Assembly: GCA_951406725.2 (NCBI GenBank)
Contig: OX597820.1
Span: 48,298,001-48,362,000, forward strand
Length of the DNA: 64,000 bases
Origin: Octopus vulgaris
Taxonomy: Eukaryota
Reading direction: 5' to 3'
Shown here piece by piece: positions 1-13,587 of the stretch. Every line of letters starts with the position of its first letter. Position 1 is the first letter of the stretch. Both the position numbers and the translations under genes were made by a program. The notes below the pieces were generated by a model. The model was not told where the DNA came from, searched no databases, and saw only the letters and a list, made by a program, of their open reading frames with translations.

Positions 1-2040
1 AACTAAAGTACTGCCAACAGCAACACACACATTCGACGGCTATCGCACTGCTTGAATCCAAAAAATATAACCTCCAACAATGCATGAAGTCCCTCATCAA
101 TAACCAAAGATCAGCTGAGGAGAAGTGGGCCATTGAAAAAATCAAACTCAACCCCAAAGTGTTCTTTTCATTTGCGAGGAAACGCAGGGTCACTGTCTCC
201 ACTGTAGGCCCTCTAATTGACGAAACTGGCACTCTCCAAGATAATGCCAAATCCATGGCCGAGATACTGCAGAAACAATACTGCTCTGTTTTCAGCAATC
301 CTGATATGGCCGATCTGGGCTGTATCAGTGATGTCAACCCCCAACACACTATATCGGACATAACGTTTAGTGCCCCTGATGTCTTAGCGGCGATAAACGA
401 AATAAAACACAATTCAGCAGTAGGCCCCGATAGGTTCCCTGCTTGTGTCCTGAAGGTGTGTCGACACCAACTTGCATCTCCCCTTGCTAATCTGTGGAGA
501 AACTCACTGGATGCTGGCTATATTCCAAAAACCTTCTGTCCCAGTCTGTTGTCCCAGTTTTCAAAAAGGGAAACAAGTCCCTTGCAGTGAATTACCGTCC
601 GATCTCACTCACCTCTCATATCATCAAGGTATTTGAGAGGGTGGTGAGATCTCAAATAACCCAATTTCTGGAAAGCAACAGACGGCTGATCTCCAACCAA
701 CATGGGTTCCGTAATGGAAGGACTGCCTAACGCAGCTCCTGCATCACTTTGAGGACATTTTGAGAGCTTTGGGAGAGGGCTCCAACACCGATGTCATCTA
801 CCTTGATTTCAGTAAGGCCTTCGACAGGGTCGATCACAAGATCCTATTGAAAAAACTATCCAACATTGGTGTCTCTGGAAAGTTACTGAAATGGATTAAG
901 TGTTTCCTGACAGACAGATCTCAACATGTTGTAGTTGAAGGGGTAAAATCAAGCCCAGCCAAAGTCAGTAGTGGCGTTCCGCAAGGCACTGTGCTGGGCC
1001 CACTTCTTTTCATCATTTACATTAATGACATTAATGACATCATCAAGCACAGCAACATAAAAATCTTTGCAGATGACTCCAAGCTACAGAAGGTCATAAA
1101 TGAGGCGAGTGACCGGACATGCCTTCAGTCAGATCTACTGGCTGTTATCCAATGGGCAGAAAAAAACAATATGCTGCTGAACGAGGATAAATTTGAGCTA
1201 ATCCACTTTGGAAAAGAGGATGCCCTGAAACTCCCATACTCCCTTCCTTCAGGTGAAACTCTCGCGGCGTCCAACAACATCAGAGACTTGGGAGTAATTG
1301 TGGACAACAACGTAAGCTGGGCCACTCATATAAACACCAAAGTTGACATGGCCCGCAGAATGTGTTCCTGGATTCTCAGAACTTTCCAGTCGAGAGATAT
1401 CCACACCATTATCCTTCTCTTCTCCACTTTTGCCCGACCCCACCTTGAATACTGTTGTCCACTGTGGTCTCCCCACACAATACAAGGTATCAAAAAGTCG
1501 AAGCACCTCAAAGGGCAATCACAAAAAAGATAGATGGCATGACAGGCCTCGACTATTGGGGTCGACTAGAAAAGCTAAAACTCTATTCTCTCCAACGTCG
1601 TCGTGAGCGCTACATCATCTGCATGATGTGGAAAATATTCCATCAGCATTGCCCAAATGATGTTGGCATCACCTTTAAGGTACATCCAAGGCTTGGGCCC
1701 CGTGCCATCCGCCCAAAACAAAAATCGCACTCTCATCTCATAACAACAATACGGCACAATTATTTCACCTCAATTGGCCCCGCTCTCTTTAACATTACAC
1801 CAAAACACATTAAAACAGAAACTGACCCTATAGGGTTCAAGAAGTCTTTGGACAGATTCCTTCAAGAAATCCCGGATAAACCCCCTACACCCGGATATGC
1901 CTCTGTAAACAATAACTCTCTACTTGAGTGGGCCATAGTGCCCAAATTCTGACTTGAAAGACTTCACCAGGTGGTGCTATTAAGTTAGACATGGCCTGGG
2001 CCAATAATGGCCGAAACCTATCAAAGTATCAAAGTAAAAG
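1..2040 (+). mobile_element. CR1-group non-LTR retrotransposon (LINE): RT and 3' end, continues upstream of the window, three frameshifts
   Basis: ORFs 84-590, 494-730, 760-1533 and 1455-1952 join into an RT (NYRPISLTS, QHGFR, YLDFSKAFD, SGVPQGTVLGP, FADD, LEYCCPLWSP). The 3' UTR ends in (TATCAAAG)n next to (TA)n. Near-identical to 53341-55267. Confidence 0.95.
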
Positions 2041-2854
<814 letters not shown>

Positions 2855-2936
2855 CAAAATTTAAAATAAGCAGAAAATGAGGAAAACTTATGATCAACAA
2901 ATTGACCACCGTCGGTTAATTATTATTTAATACAAA

Positions 2937-3050
2937 ACTTACAGCCGTTTCAGCTACCAATGTCAGTCGGTACCGCCAAAGAAAATTATGAGAATAATAT
3001 ATATCATCTTTTTAGCACATCCGATCAAGTACATGAAGCTTCATCATAGT
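2937..3050 (-). ncRNA. Degenerate type I hammerhead-ribozyme motif (Penelope-like element end)
   Basis: Minus strand: act-ATGATGA-AGCT..(long loop)..AGCT-GAAAC-GGCT-GTA-agt. Helices I and II pair, but core C3 is changed to A. Confidence 0.6.
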
Positions 3051-3884
3051 GAATACAAATACATAAAATAAAAGAAGACAAGAGGGAAGAGGAAAGAACA
3101 GGGCCTCGAGATGAGGAAAGAAGGCTTAATAAATTAAAATCATACTATTTTGCAGTCTAAATCTTGAAGTCGGTGAGCAAATGAGTAAACTAGCAAATAA
3201 TGTAGAAAAATAATTAGTGGGTTAATCTTCTTTTAGGGTTACCCGCGTGTATAAACAATAAGAAAATGAAACTAGTACTTAAGCATAAAGGAATCGCCCA
3301 TAACTCTAGAAAAAAAAGTACATATGATTTCGTAAATAGAGCTAATTAATATTTATTCAAAAACATACTGTAAAGTTTTTATAATAGTGTACTTACTGAA
3401 ATATTCTAAAGACCAACCACCTGTAGTCTGTAATGGAATTGACCAAAGTCGAGCCATCTCTACAACTGGTTAGTTAATTTTAAAACCAAGGGCAATCTAA
3501 GACCCTTACATGGGTAAGTAAAGAAGAAAAAACAGTAAATAAATGGTGTGGGGGAGCAGACTATGTCGTAAGTGAGGCAATGCCACTTGTGTCATTATGA
3601 ACCATCCCAACATAAATATGAGTAATCGTATGGCAGTAACTAACTAACAGTTAAGGGGAGACTACTATTAGGGGAAGTGGTTGCTAGTGTATGGAAAATT
3701 ATAGACGGAATACAGAAGATGCGAGAATTTTTATTAATCCCATTGGTAGGATACTTAACGACTAGTTTAGGAGCATCCGGCGGTGTAGATGTGTTTCTTC
3801 GGGTGATAGATAGATACAACTCATTAAAATAGGAGTTCAGTAATGTATCTTCTCATATTATATATTTATACTTCTAAATTACTT

Positions 3885-4261
3885 CTATTTTACTTGTTTC
3901 TGTCATTAGACTGTACCCATGCTGGGACCCCGCCTTCAGTGAATCGACTTAAGTAATTTTTTAATGCCTGGTTCTTATTCTATTGATCTCTTTTCATTAA
4001 TTGCTAGGCTACGGGCACATAAACACAAAAACACCGTTTGTCAAGCACATGTAGGGGCGAATACTGACAACACACACACACATACTTACACATACATATA
4101 TTATACACGACGAGTTTCTTTCAATTCTCATCGACCAAATTTACTCACAAAGCTTCGTTCGGCCCGAGGATACAATAGAAAACATTTACCACGCAGTGGA
4201 ACTGAATCCGGAACTATGTGGTCGGGAAGAATGCTTCTCACGATGCAGTCACGTCTGTTCC

Positions 4262-4264
<3 letters not shown>
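3885..4264 (-). mobile_element. tRNA-derived SINE, family A (diverged)
   Basis: Reverse-complement match to the SINE at 16978-17398. Confidence 0.8.
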
Positions 4265-4295
<31 letters not shown>

Positions 4296-4307
4296 CACAC
4301 ACACACG

Positions 4308-4379
<72 letters not shown>

Positions 4380-5375
4380 TTTTATTCTAGAATGTAAAAG
4401 GAATGGATGAAGGTTGAAATTATTAGACATTTAGATTGCTAGAAAGTAAGATGATTGCTACTGCATGTATGTGTACATGTAGTGCCTCCCTATATAAGTT
4501 AATTTTACGAAGGAGGACGCCACCCACTGGCTTATAAATGTTAATTAAAATATCTTTATTGGGTGGTAACGACATCTGAATGACTATTATGCTACATAAT
4601 AATGATACAAATTTAAAGAAATATTTTATTAGAAAAAAATGATAAAATACAATATTATTGTGGGAAAGGAAACTTTTGAGTAAAATCAATAGGAATAAAC
4701 AATTTTGTGGTAAAGTAAGATAAATTTACAGATGTTAATTATTTTGTATGATAATTAGCTCTAATAAAAGGAATCATTCAAACGTTAAGTAGAACAGATA
4801 AGTGATTCAGTTGATAGCTATTAAGCCATTAATAAATATGATTTAACACGGAATATTGGGAATAATTAAATATTTCTAAAGTAACATTTGAGTATCTTTA
4901 TTCTTGCTATTATAATTTTTTTGTTTTGTATTTCTATAATCTAGAAATATAACTGTTTAGCAGAAACAATACCAAAATAATTAAAATTTTGTTGGCTATT
5001 ACAACCATCGTGAATGCATAGAGTCGTTCAAAGTCTCTCACAGTTTCTTTCGCTAACTTTGAAAAAGAGAAAAGTCATTCAATGAATTATTAGTAAATGT
5101 TAGTTATCTATTAAAGGATAATGATATCTGTATGACTATTATATTACAAATAATGAAGTAAGTTAGAAGAAATAGTTTCTTAAACAAAAACAATTATCCC
5201 AGAAAAGAAAATCTTCATGAACAAGCTTAAATAGTTTCATAGGAATTTAAAATGAAGTTATAAATGTTAAATTATTACTTACTATAATGTGGCAAGGTCT
5301 GTTAGGAGGCGTCTTTAAAATTGAATAAGTTATTCTCATTGTAGATATTTATTGTCATCCATAAGACTGATAAAA

Positions 5376-5588
5376 CTTTCTACTAAAGGCACATGGCCTG
5401 GAATTATTGTGGAGAGCATCAGTCTATTACAGTGACCCCAGTGTTTCACTAGTACTTAATTTATCGGCCCGAAAGGACGAAAGGGAAAGACAGCCTCGGC
5501 AGAATTTGAACTCAGATCGTAATGATGGGCGAAATGTCGCAAAGCATTTTGCGCGGCATGCTGACGATTCTGCCAGTTCACCGCCTTT
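5376..5588 (-). mobile_element. tRNA-derived SINE, family B (Nin-like central domain)
   Basis: Reverse-complement match to 7024-7245 and 63767-63985. Confidence 0.8.
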
Positions 5589-5611
5589 CGATAACACTAA
5601 TGATATTTGTG

Positions 5612-5890
5612 CGGAGGCACATGGTCTAGTGGTTAGAGTAGCTGACTCGTGGTCGAGGGATCACGGGTTCGAATGTGTGTGTTTATGAGCGAAACACCTA
5701 AACTCCACGCGTCTCCGGCAGAAGGTAATAGTGAACTTCTGCTGACACATTCGCCACAACTTCCTCTCACTCCTTCCTCCTGCATCCTGCAGCTCACCTG
5801 GCGTCCCGTCCAGGTGGGAAACCTATACGCCAAGGAAACCGGGAAACCGGCCCTAATGAGCCAGGGATGGCTCGAGAAGGAACAAACAAT
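5612..5890 (+). mobile_element. tRNA-derived SINE, family C
   Basis: tRNA-like head with A box TGGTCTAGTGG and B box GGTTCGAAT, GC-richer body and an A/C-rich tail. Confidence 0.7.
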
Positions 5891-5983
5891 GATAGCAAAA
5901 TGTGATTGATTCTGATGTGTGCGGCTTTTTTTTTTTGTAGTCTCAGCATGGCTAAATAAAATAAATCTTTGCTTTACAACCAT

Positions 5984-6255
5984 GGGATCCAGGGTTCGAT
6001 CTCACTGTGTGACACTTTATGCAAATATCAATTTTCTTAGGCTCGAATCATACCTCGTCTGAAATTAAGCACAGAGAAATCCTGAGGTGGGTTGCACTTG
6101 TAATTCAGAATGCATAGGCATGTGACACACTGTGCCACGTTGATTCAGCCTAAGAATTATGTTAAGTGTACGTATGTCTGTGAAATACTCAACCACGTGC
6201 TCGTTAATTCAGAAACAGGAATCCCAGATGATCGGAAATATCATTTGTAATTATC
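5984..6255 (+). mobile_element. Diverged SINE fragment homologous to 55485-55665
   Basis: B-box-like GGTTCGATCTC; the body (cacactgtgccacgttga...gtacgtatgtctgtgaaatactca...cgttaatt) is shared with 55485-55665. Confidence 0.55.
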
Positions 6256-7023
6256 GGGCAACAAAGATCCACTATCAACACCAAGACGTTTTAATATTAA
6301 ATAAGTTACTCGAGTTAATTAGGTAATTTATTAATGAAAAGGTTATTCGAATTAATTAGTTAATAGCTAATTAGTTAACGGATAATTAGTTAATAATTAA
6401 TTAGTTATTAATAAACAGGTCATTCAAATTAGTTAATAGACAAGGATGGTTTCTATTGATCATTAATGACAGGAATTCAAGTCGGTTAGTCCCACCTGAA
6501 AAGATATAAATAATATATAACCTGGAATATAATCGTTTCAAAGAACTGGCCGTTAGCTGCAAAGATGAAAGGATTTGTTTGACACTATAATAGTGTTAAA
6601 ATGTAAATGGATTGTAAAGTTTTGAAAGATAAATTTGTTAATTAGGTAGGTTATCTACCTGGGTAAATTACTAGTTGAAAACGCCTCAAAATTGTTAAGG
6701 TTATGTTAAGATGACATTTGAACATTTCTGAATGGGAATTAAGGAGAATTATGCTGGCGAAATTTTGGCTGACTATTAGTTCAGGATTTGGAAGGGAAAA
6801 TGAAAATTTCTTAAATTTATAACATATTGTCCCCAAATTAAAGTCCCTGTATATGCTTTGCCAGAGATGTCTCAGAGTTATTATTTTGGTGCCTAAATGT
6901 ATAAGAATAACGACTCTAGTTGAATTTTAATATTCTAGCAGTTCATACAGTATATGGCATGGAGCGGGTAATATCTTCAGTACTATGATAAGGAGTTAAT
7001 TGCTTCATTATCATTTGGAATTT

Positions 7024-7245
7024 AAAGGCGGCGTTCTGGCAGAGACGTTAGTGCGCCGGACGAAGTGCTTTCGGTATTTCGCCCGTCGCTACGTTCTGAG
7101 TTCAAATTCCGTTGTGGTCGACTTTACCTTTCAGCCTTTCGGGTTCGATGAATTAAGTACCAGTTGTGTACTGGGGTTGATAGAATCGAATCGAGTTGCA
7201 CCGTCCCCCAAAATTTCAGGTCTTCTGCCTATAGTAGAAAGGATT
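7024..7245 (+). mobile_element. SINE family B
   Basis: aaggcggcg...ttctgagttcaaattcc...ctttcagcctttcgggttcgatgaattaagtaccag, recurring many times in the window. Confidence 0.9.
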
Positions 7246-8755
7246 ATCATTTGAAATTTACTGAGCAGTTTTTGGATGCAGTTAGAAATTGTGCTGATTA
7301 AATAAGCGATAAAGATTAATTTGAATTAACTACAGCTAGTGCTAATCTTTCCGAAATAAATAATTAACTTGAATGTAGACTTTCTTAAAATATATATGTT
7401 TGTATACCAGTGGGAAATGCTTAACTAGGAATTTAGAATTGACTAGCTTATAGCACATATTCTGCTTTATATTACATAAATGGTCTTATTCTTTATGTAT
7501 GTATCAGCGGCTTGAAATTTTCCATTTATTGAAATTTCTAAAATACAGCTTTGGATAAAAATTTCGTTGGGTTTTCTATGATGTGAATATTGAAATTGAT
7601 GATAACATTTTATTCGTTCACAATCTATGATTGGAATCTGAAAGCCTATATTTTTCAAGAGAGCATGGAGATTTGTAGAAAATATCTTCGACTATTGTAG
7701 GTTAAGTGTTTGAAATTCTAATAATCTACCGTCTCTTAATTTACCTTGCAATGCACAAACAAAAATAAAACTTACATAGAATATATAGATCACTGATGTA
7801 TCTCACTTTCTAAGAATTCAGATTCTATTTTCACGCCAATGGATACAACAACATATTCGAGTGTTTCTTCATCCTTATTTATATGTCAGAAAGTAAATTG
7901 GATTTTCTCGCAAGAGAATAACATTAATTTCTGAATCCTCAATGAACGTACTTTCTCTAGCATCAAAATGCTCATCTAATAGCAGAGAAGCAGAAATAAA
8001 AGGAGAAAATTAAATTGGTGAAATATAAAAATACACTTTCTAAGGAACTGTTATGATCCACTGATTTGTGTCGTGGAGGTTACTCCATAATGATAATTTA
8101 GAAGCTATGTTAAGTCCGGGGATGATGATGTCTCTAATACTCTTGCTGATAAACAAATGCACTTATATAGTTGAGGAATTATATATGAAGCTATTGTGGT
8201 CTTTAAATAATTTACATTATTGTGGTCTTTAAATAATTTACATTTAGAAACCTCATGGTCTTTAAATATAAAGAAAGAACCCCGTGGTTAAAGTGATCTG
8301 GATATATAATCGATACCTGAATATATAACCAAGTAACGTCTTTTTCTATACTTCTCAGTTCAAATGTCAAGTTCTATTGATAATGCATCTCACTTTGCAG
8401 CCAACGGATACACTCATAATCAACCACCAAAGTATATTATTCTTGCTATATCAATCCCATTGTTAAATTATGACAGATGAATTACTCGTATTGGGAGATA
8501 TTTAAACAAAAGGTTAAAATACCAAATTCATGTTGAGTTAAAATATCTTTTTTTTATTCATTCAGAAATATTGAAATAGAACAAAATAGTTGTATCATAG
8601 GGGAGATTCTGTACCTCTAAGAGCAAAAGACCTCACATGCAGAGGGATGAATTCAAACAAAATTCTCTTCGATTTTCTTTGTCCATTTATCAACTGCTGC
8701 TTATTCATATGACGACACTATATCTTTTCCGACAAAACAAAATAACACACACATA

Positions 8756-8794
<39 letters not shown>

Positions 8795-8796
<2 letters not shown>

Positions 8797-9022
8797 TGAA
8801 GTTCCACGTCACCCACTATTCCTTCCACCTCATCGAGCCAACACTCGCCGGCACTTCCTGCCTCCCAAAAATAAGAAAGCATTTGAATATGTGACCGCGT
8901 GTGTATCATTGGTGATTTTCTCTCTCCGTCTTCCCTTCTTTGGACCATTTCTCTATTTCTGATAAAGTGCTCAGCTCGAAACGTGAAATCCTTTTTCTTG
9001 TTTGTTCATGTCTGGATTGAAT
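8795..9022 (+). mobile_element. Short hammerhead-bearing (Penelope-like) element between TA repeats; HHR motif at 8955-8989
   Basis: attt-CTGATAA-A-GTGC-tca-GCTC-GAAAC-GTG-aaat; flanks homologous to 52730-52922. Confidence 0.65.
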
Positions 9023-9250
9023 CTATATATATATGTATATATATGTGTGTGTGTGTTTATGTACGTGTTTATGTATGTCTTTATACATATATATATATAT
9101 ATTTCGATGGGTGAATGAATTATCCTATATTTACCGTCAACATGGAAAATTCGATGAACCTATACCAGGGTAGCAAATTCACGTCAGAATCACGGTTGAA
9201 GCGACCTATCCAAAGTTAGAAACTCCGGATTCATGTCCAAAAATTTGAGT

Positions 9251-9316
9251 TATATATGAATAAATAAATAAATGGAGTTGAACGGGGATGTTAATAAAAT
9301 TCCTTTACTTTCGACA
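9251..9316 (-). repeat. Inverted copy of the segment downstream of the 9517-9609 hammerhead cleavage site
   Basis: Reverse complement of 9595-9660 (tgtcgaaa.taaaggaattttattaacatc..gttcaactccatttatttatttattcatatata). Confidence 0.9.
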
Positions 9317-9516
9317 ACCTTTGAACATTTCTTTAATCAACGTACCCCTCCCTCTCTATTTGTTCCCTATTTATTATTCCTTTAACCCTTCTCATCCTAC
9401 TAATTAACTTTGACGTCAATTCTACTAACGGTTTTCCTTAAACACTTATTATCGTTTTGTTTATCATGCAGGCAGTAATCGTAATTATTATTTTGTCTTG
9501 TTGTTGAGAGAGGCTC

Positions 9517-9609
9517 CCTTTCTTTTCTGATGAGAAGATTGCATCATACACCGTTTATTCCTTTGGAATAAAACCATGTTGTCTTCGAAACATATGTCGA
9601 AACTAAAGG
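9517..9609 (+). ncRNA. Type I minimal hammerhead ribozyme with an intact catalytic core
   Basis: CTGATGA 9527-9533; helix II GAAGA/TCTTC with an internal hairpin tttattcc-ttt-ggaataaa; GAAAC 9587-9591; palindromic helix III ACATATGT; GTC cleavage triplet 9596-9598; helix I cctttctttt/gaaactaaagg. Confidence 0.8.
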
Positions 9610-9667
9610 AATTTTATTAACATCGTTCAACTCCATTTATTTATTTATTCATATATATATATATATA

Positions 9668-10060
9668 ACGGGAAGGTTTACGAAAATAAACAAAAGACGA
9701 AGGCAGGTGGAGTACAAACAAACAAATGTATTAGTATAGCGCTCAGGAATAGAAATAGAACAAGTCTTTTACGTTTCGAGCCTACGCTCTTCGACAGAAA
9801 GATACACAGAATAGAAACAAGGAGAGAAACAAGGAGAGAAAAAATGCGTGTAGGAGCTAACGATCTATCATGGCGCTCTGACTTCAGGCAGAGGTCAGAC
9901 GTTAGACGCTAGAGGGATAGTAGGGGAGATAAGAGGGTCAAGTGACTTCCAAAACGAAGGTGGCCCCAACACGAAGGTGGCCCCAACACGAAGGTGCGTG
10001 TGTGTATAAAAGAGTATGCATATGCGTGTAAAAGAAGGCTGGTGGTCTGGACGTGTGCAT
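9668..10060 (-). mobile_element. Hammerhead-bearing Penelope-like element end; HHR motif at 9765-9802
   Basis: Minus strand: tcttt-CTGTCGA-A-GAGC-gtag-GCTC-GAAAC-GTA-aaaga. All helices pair, with one core change (A6>T). Ends in (TA)n. Contains a 17-bp tandem acgaaggtggccccaac. Confidence 0.7.
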
Positions 10061-10070
10061 GTATGTATAT

Positions 10071-11255
10071 ATTAAAGGACGTTAAATGATGTTATATGGG
10101 TGGCGTTAAATTACGCTAATTGACGTGACGTTAAAAGACGTTAATTGACGTGATGTTAAATGGCGTTAAACGACGTTAAATGATGTCAAATTAAATGACG
10201 TTCAATGACGTGACGATAAACGACGTTAAGTGATGTTAAATGACATGACGTTGAATGACGTTAAATGATGTAACGTTAAACGACGTTAAATGACATGACT
10301 TTAAATGACGTTAAAGGACGTTATATGATGTGATGTAAAAGGACGTTAAATGACGCTATATGGGTGGCGTTAAATTAAGCTAAATGAGGTGACGTTAAAT
10401 GACGGTAATTGACGTTAATTGACTTCGCGTTATATGAGTTCAAATTAAATGACGTTAAATAAAGTGAGGTTAAATGACGTTAAAGGATGTTAAATGACGT
10501 GATGTAAAATGGCGTTAAATGACATTATATGAGTGACGTTATATTACGCTGAATGACGTGAGGTTAAATGACGGTAATTGACGTAGCGTTAAATGGCGTT
10601 GAATGACGTTAAATGATATTGTGAATAAGGTTAAATGACGTGACGGTAAACGATGTTAAATAACGTTAAATGGCATGACGTTAAATGACGTTAAATGACG
10701 CGATGTAAAATGACGTTAAATGACGTTATATGGGTGACGTTAAATTACGCTAAACGACGTGTCGTTAAATGATGTCATAGTAGATAACATTAAATGACGT
10801 GACGTGACGGTAAACGACGTTAAATGATGTTAAATGACGTTAAATGACATAACGTTAAATGATGTTAAATGACGTGATATAAAATGACGTTAAATGACAT
10901 TATATGGGTGATATTAAATTACGCTAAATGACGAGACGTTAAATGATGTTAATTGTCTTCGCGTTAAATGACGTTGAGGTCGTATTAAATGACGTTAAAT
11001 GACGTGACGTTAAATGACATTAAAGGACGTTAAATGACGTGATGTAAAATGACGTTATATGACGTTATGTGAGTGACCTTAACTTACGCTAAATGACGTG
11101 ACTTTAAATGACGTTAATTGACGAGACGTTAAATGGTGTTGAATGACGTTAAATGATGTCATAGTAAATAACGTTAAATGAAGTGACGGTAAACGACGTT
11201 AAATTACGTTAAATGACGTTAAATGACAACGTTAAATGAAGTGATGTAAAACGTT
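10071..11255 (+). repeat. Satellite, left arm, (TGACGTTAAA)n with higher-order structure
   Basis: 10-mer with TGACG 5-mer insertions; the marker ttatatgggtg(g/a)cgttaaattacgcta recurs every ~165-270 bp. Confidence 0.95.
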
Positions 11256-11261
11256 CTTTCA

Positions 11262-13340
11262 CATATAACGTCATTTAACGTCCTTTTACATCACGTCATA
11301 TAACGTCGTTCAACGTCATTTAAAGTCATGTCATTTAACGTCTTTTAACGTTGCGTCATTTAACGTCATTCAACGTCATGTCATTTAAATTCATTCATAA
11401 TCACGTCATTTAACGTTATTTAATTTGACATGAATTTAACGTCGTTTAACGCCATTAAATGTCACGTCAATTAACGTCTTTAACGTATCGTCAATTAGCG
11501 TAATTTAACGCCACCCATAAAACGTTATTTAACGTCCTTTAACGTCATGTCATTTAACGTCGTTTAACGTTATGTCATTTAACGTCATTCAACGTCATGT
11601 CATTTAACATCATTTAACATCGTTTATCGTCATGTCATTTAACGTCATATAATTTAACATCCTTTAACTTCATTTAACGTCAAATCAATTAACGTCATTT
11701 AACGTCACGTCATTTAGCGTAATTTAACGTTACTCACATAACGTCATTTGACGTCATTTTGCATCACGTCATTTAACGCGAAGACAATTTATATTATTTA
11801 ACATCATTTAACGGCACGTTATTTAGCGCAATTTAACGTCACCCATATAACGTCATTTAACGTCATTTTACATCACGTCATTTAACGTCATTTAACGTCA
11901 TATCAATTAACGTCTCGTTTACCCTCACGACATTTAACGTTATTTACTATGACATCATTTAAAGTCATTCAACGCCATTTAGCGTTACGTCAATTAAATC
12001 ATTTAAGGTCACGTCATTTAGCGTAATTTAACATAACCCATATAACGTCATTTAACCTCATTTTACATCACATCATTTAACGTCATTTAACATCGTTTAC
12101 CGTCACGTCATTTAACATTATTTACTGTGATATCATTTAACGTCATTCAACGCCATTTAACGTTACGTCAATTACCGTCATTTAACGTCACGTCATTTAG
12201 CGTAATTTAACGCCACTCATATAATGTCATTTAACGCCATTTTGCATCTCGTCATTTAACGTCCTTTAACATCTTTTAATGTCACGTCATTTAACGTCAT
12301 TTAATATGAACTCATATAACGCGAAGTCAATTAACGTCAATTAACGTCATTTAACGTCACCTTATTTTGCGTAATTTAATGTCACCCATATAACGTCCTT
12401 TTACATCACATCATATAATGTCCTTTAACGTAATTTAAAGTCATGCCATTTAACGTCGTTTAACCTCGTTTAACGTCACGTCATTTATCGTCATTTAATT
12501 TGACATCATTTAACGTCATTTAACGCCATTTAACGTCATTTAACGTCACGTCAATTAACGTCATTTAACGTCAGGTCATTTAGCGTAATTTAACGTCAAT
12601 CACATAACGTCATTTAACGTCATTTTACATCACGTCACTTAACGTCCTTTAACGTCATTTAACGTCATTTAATACGACCTCATTTAACGTCATTTAACGC
12701 GAAGACAATTAACATCATTTAACGTTACGTCATTTTTGCGTAATTTAACGTCTCCCATATAACATCATCTAACGTCATTTTGCATCCCGTCATTTAACGT
12801 CCTTTAACCCCATTTAACGTTACGTCAATTAACGTCATTTAACGTCACGCCATTTAGCGTAATTTAACGTCACTCACATAACGTCATTTAACGTCATTTA
12901 ACTTCATGTCATTTAACGTCATTTAACGTCGCTGAACGTCACGTAATTTAACTTAATTTACTATGACATCATTTAACGTCATTTAACGCCATTTAACGTC
13001 ATTTAGCGTAATTTAACGTCACCCATATAACGTCATTTAAATTCATTTTACATCACGTCATTTGACGTCCTTTAACGTCATTTAACGTCATTTAACGTCA
13101 CGCCATTTAGCGTAATTTAACGTCCTTTTACATAACGTCATATAACGTCATTTTACATTACGTCATTTAACTTCATGTCATTTAACGTCGCTTAACGTCA
13201 CGTAATTTAACTTCATTTAATATGACATCTTTTAACGTCATTTAACGCCATTTAACGTCACGTCATTTAGCGTAATTTAACGTCACCCATATAACGTCAG
13301 TTAACGTCATTTTACATCACGTCACTTAACGTCATTTAAA
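11262..13340 (-). repeat. Same satellite in inverted orientation, (TTTAACGTCA)n on the + strand
   Basis: Reverse complement of the left arm; 11262-11540 aligns with 10071-10360. Confidence 0.95.
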
Positions 13341-13587
13341 GGAGAAGGGGGGAAGAATTTAGGAGTCCCTTGATTGCCGTATTTTGAGAGGTCAGTGGCA
13401 GCTAGCTGTTGCCGTTCAATTCATGAGAATATTTCTATTGAAAGCTTTGTTTATAGAATTTGCGTAGGTGTTATACTAAAAAGCTTTTTAGTATAACACT
13501 TACGCAAATTCTATAAACAAACCTAGCCGCCACTGACCACTCAAAATACGACAATCAAGGCACTCCCAAATCCCCCCTTCTTCTCCT
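13341..13587. repeat. Fold-back palindrome with no spacer, centred on AAGCTT at ~13481-13486
   Basis: tttgtttatagaatttgcgtaggtgttatactaaaaag|ctttttagtataacacttacgcaaattctataaacaaa, plus outer arms ggagtcccttgattgccgtattttgagaggtcagtggcagctag / ctagccgccactgaccactcaaaatacgacaatcaaggcactcc. Confidence 0.92.

Noticed and set aside
1997-2022. Hammerhead in the LINE 3' UTR (hairpin followed by GAAAC)
   Set aside because: There is no CTGANGA core upstream; it is treated as a LINE recognition stem-loop.
5612-5684. Functional tRNA gene
   Set aside because: A and B boxes are present, but there is no closing T or acceptor stem and it continues into a SINE body.
10071-13340. CRISPR array or repeat-protein gene
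   Set aside because: It has a 10-bp unit, no spacers and frequent stops in all frames.
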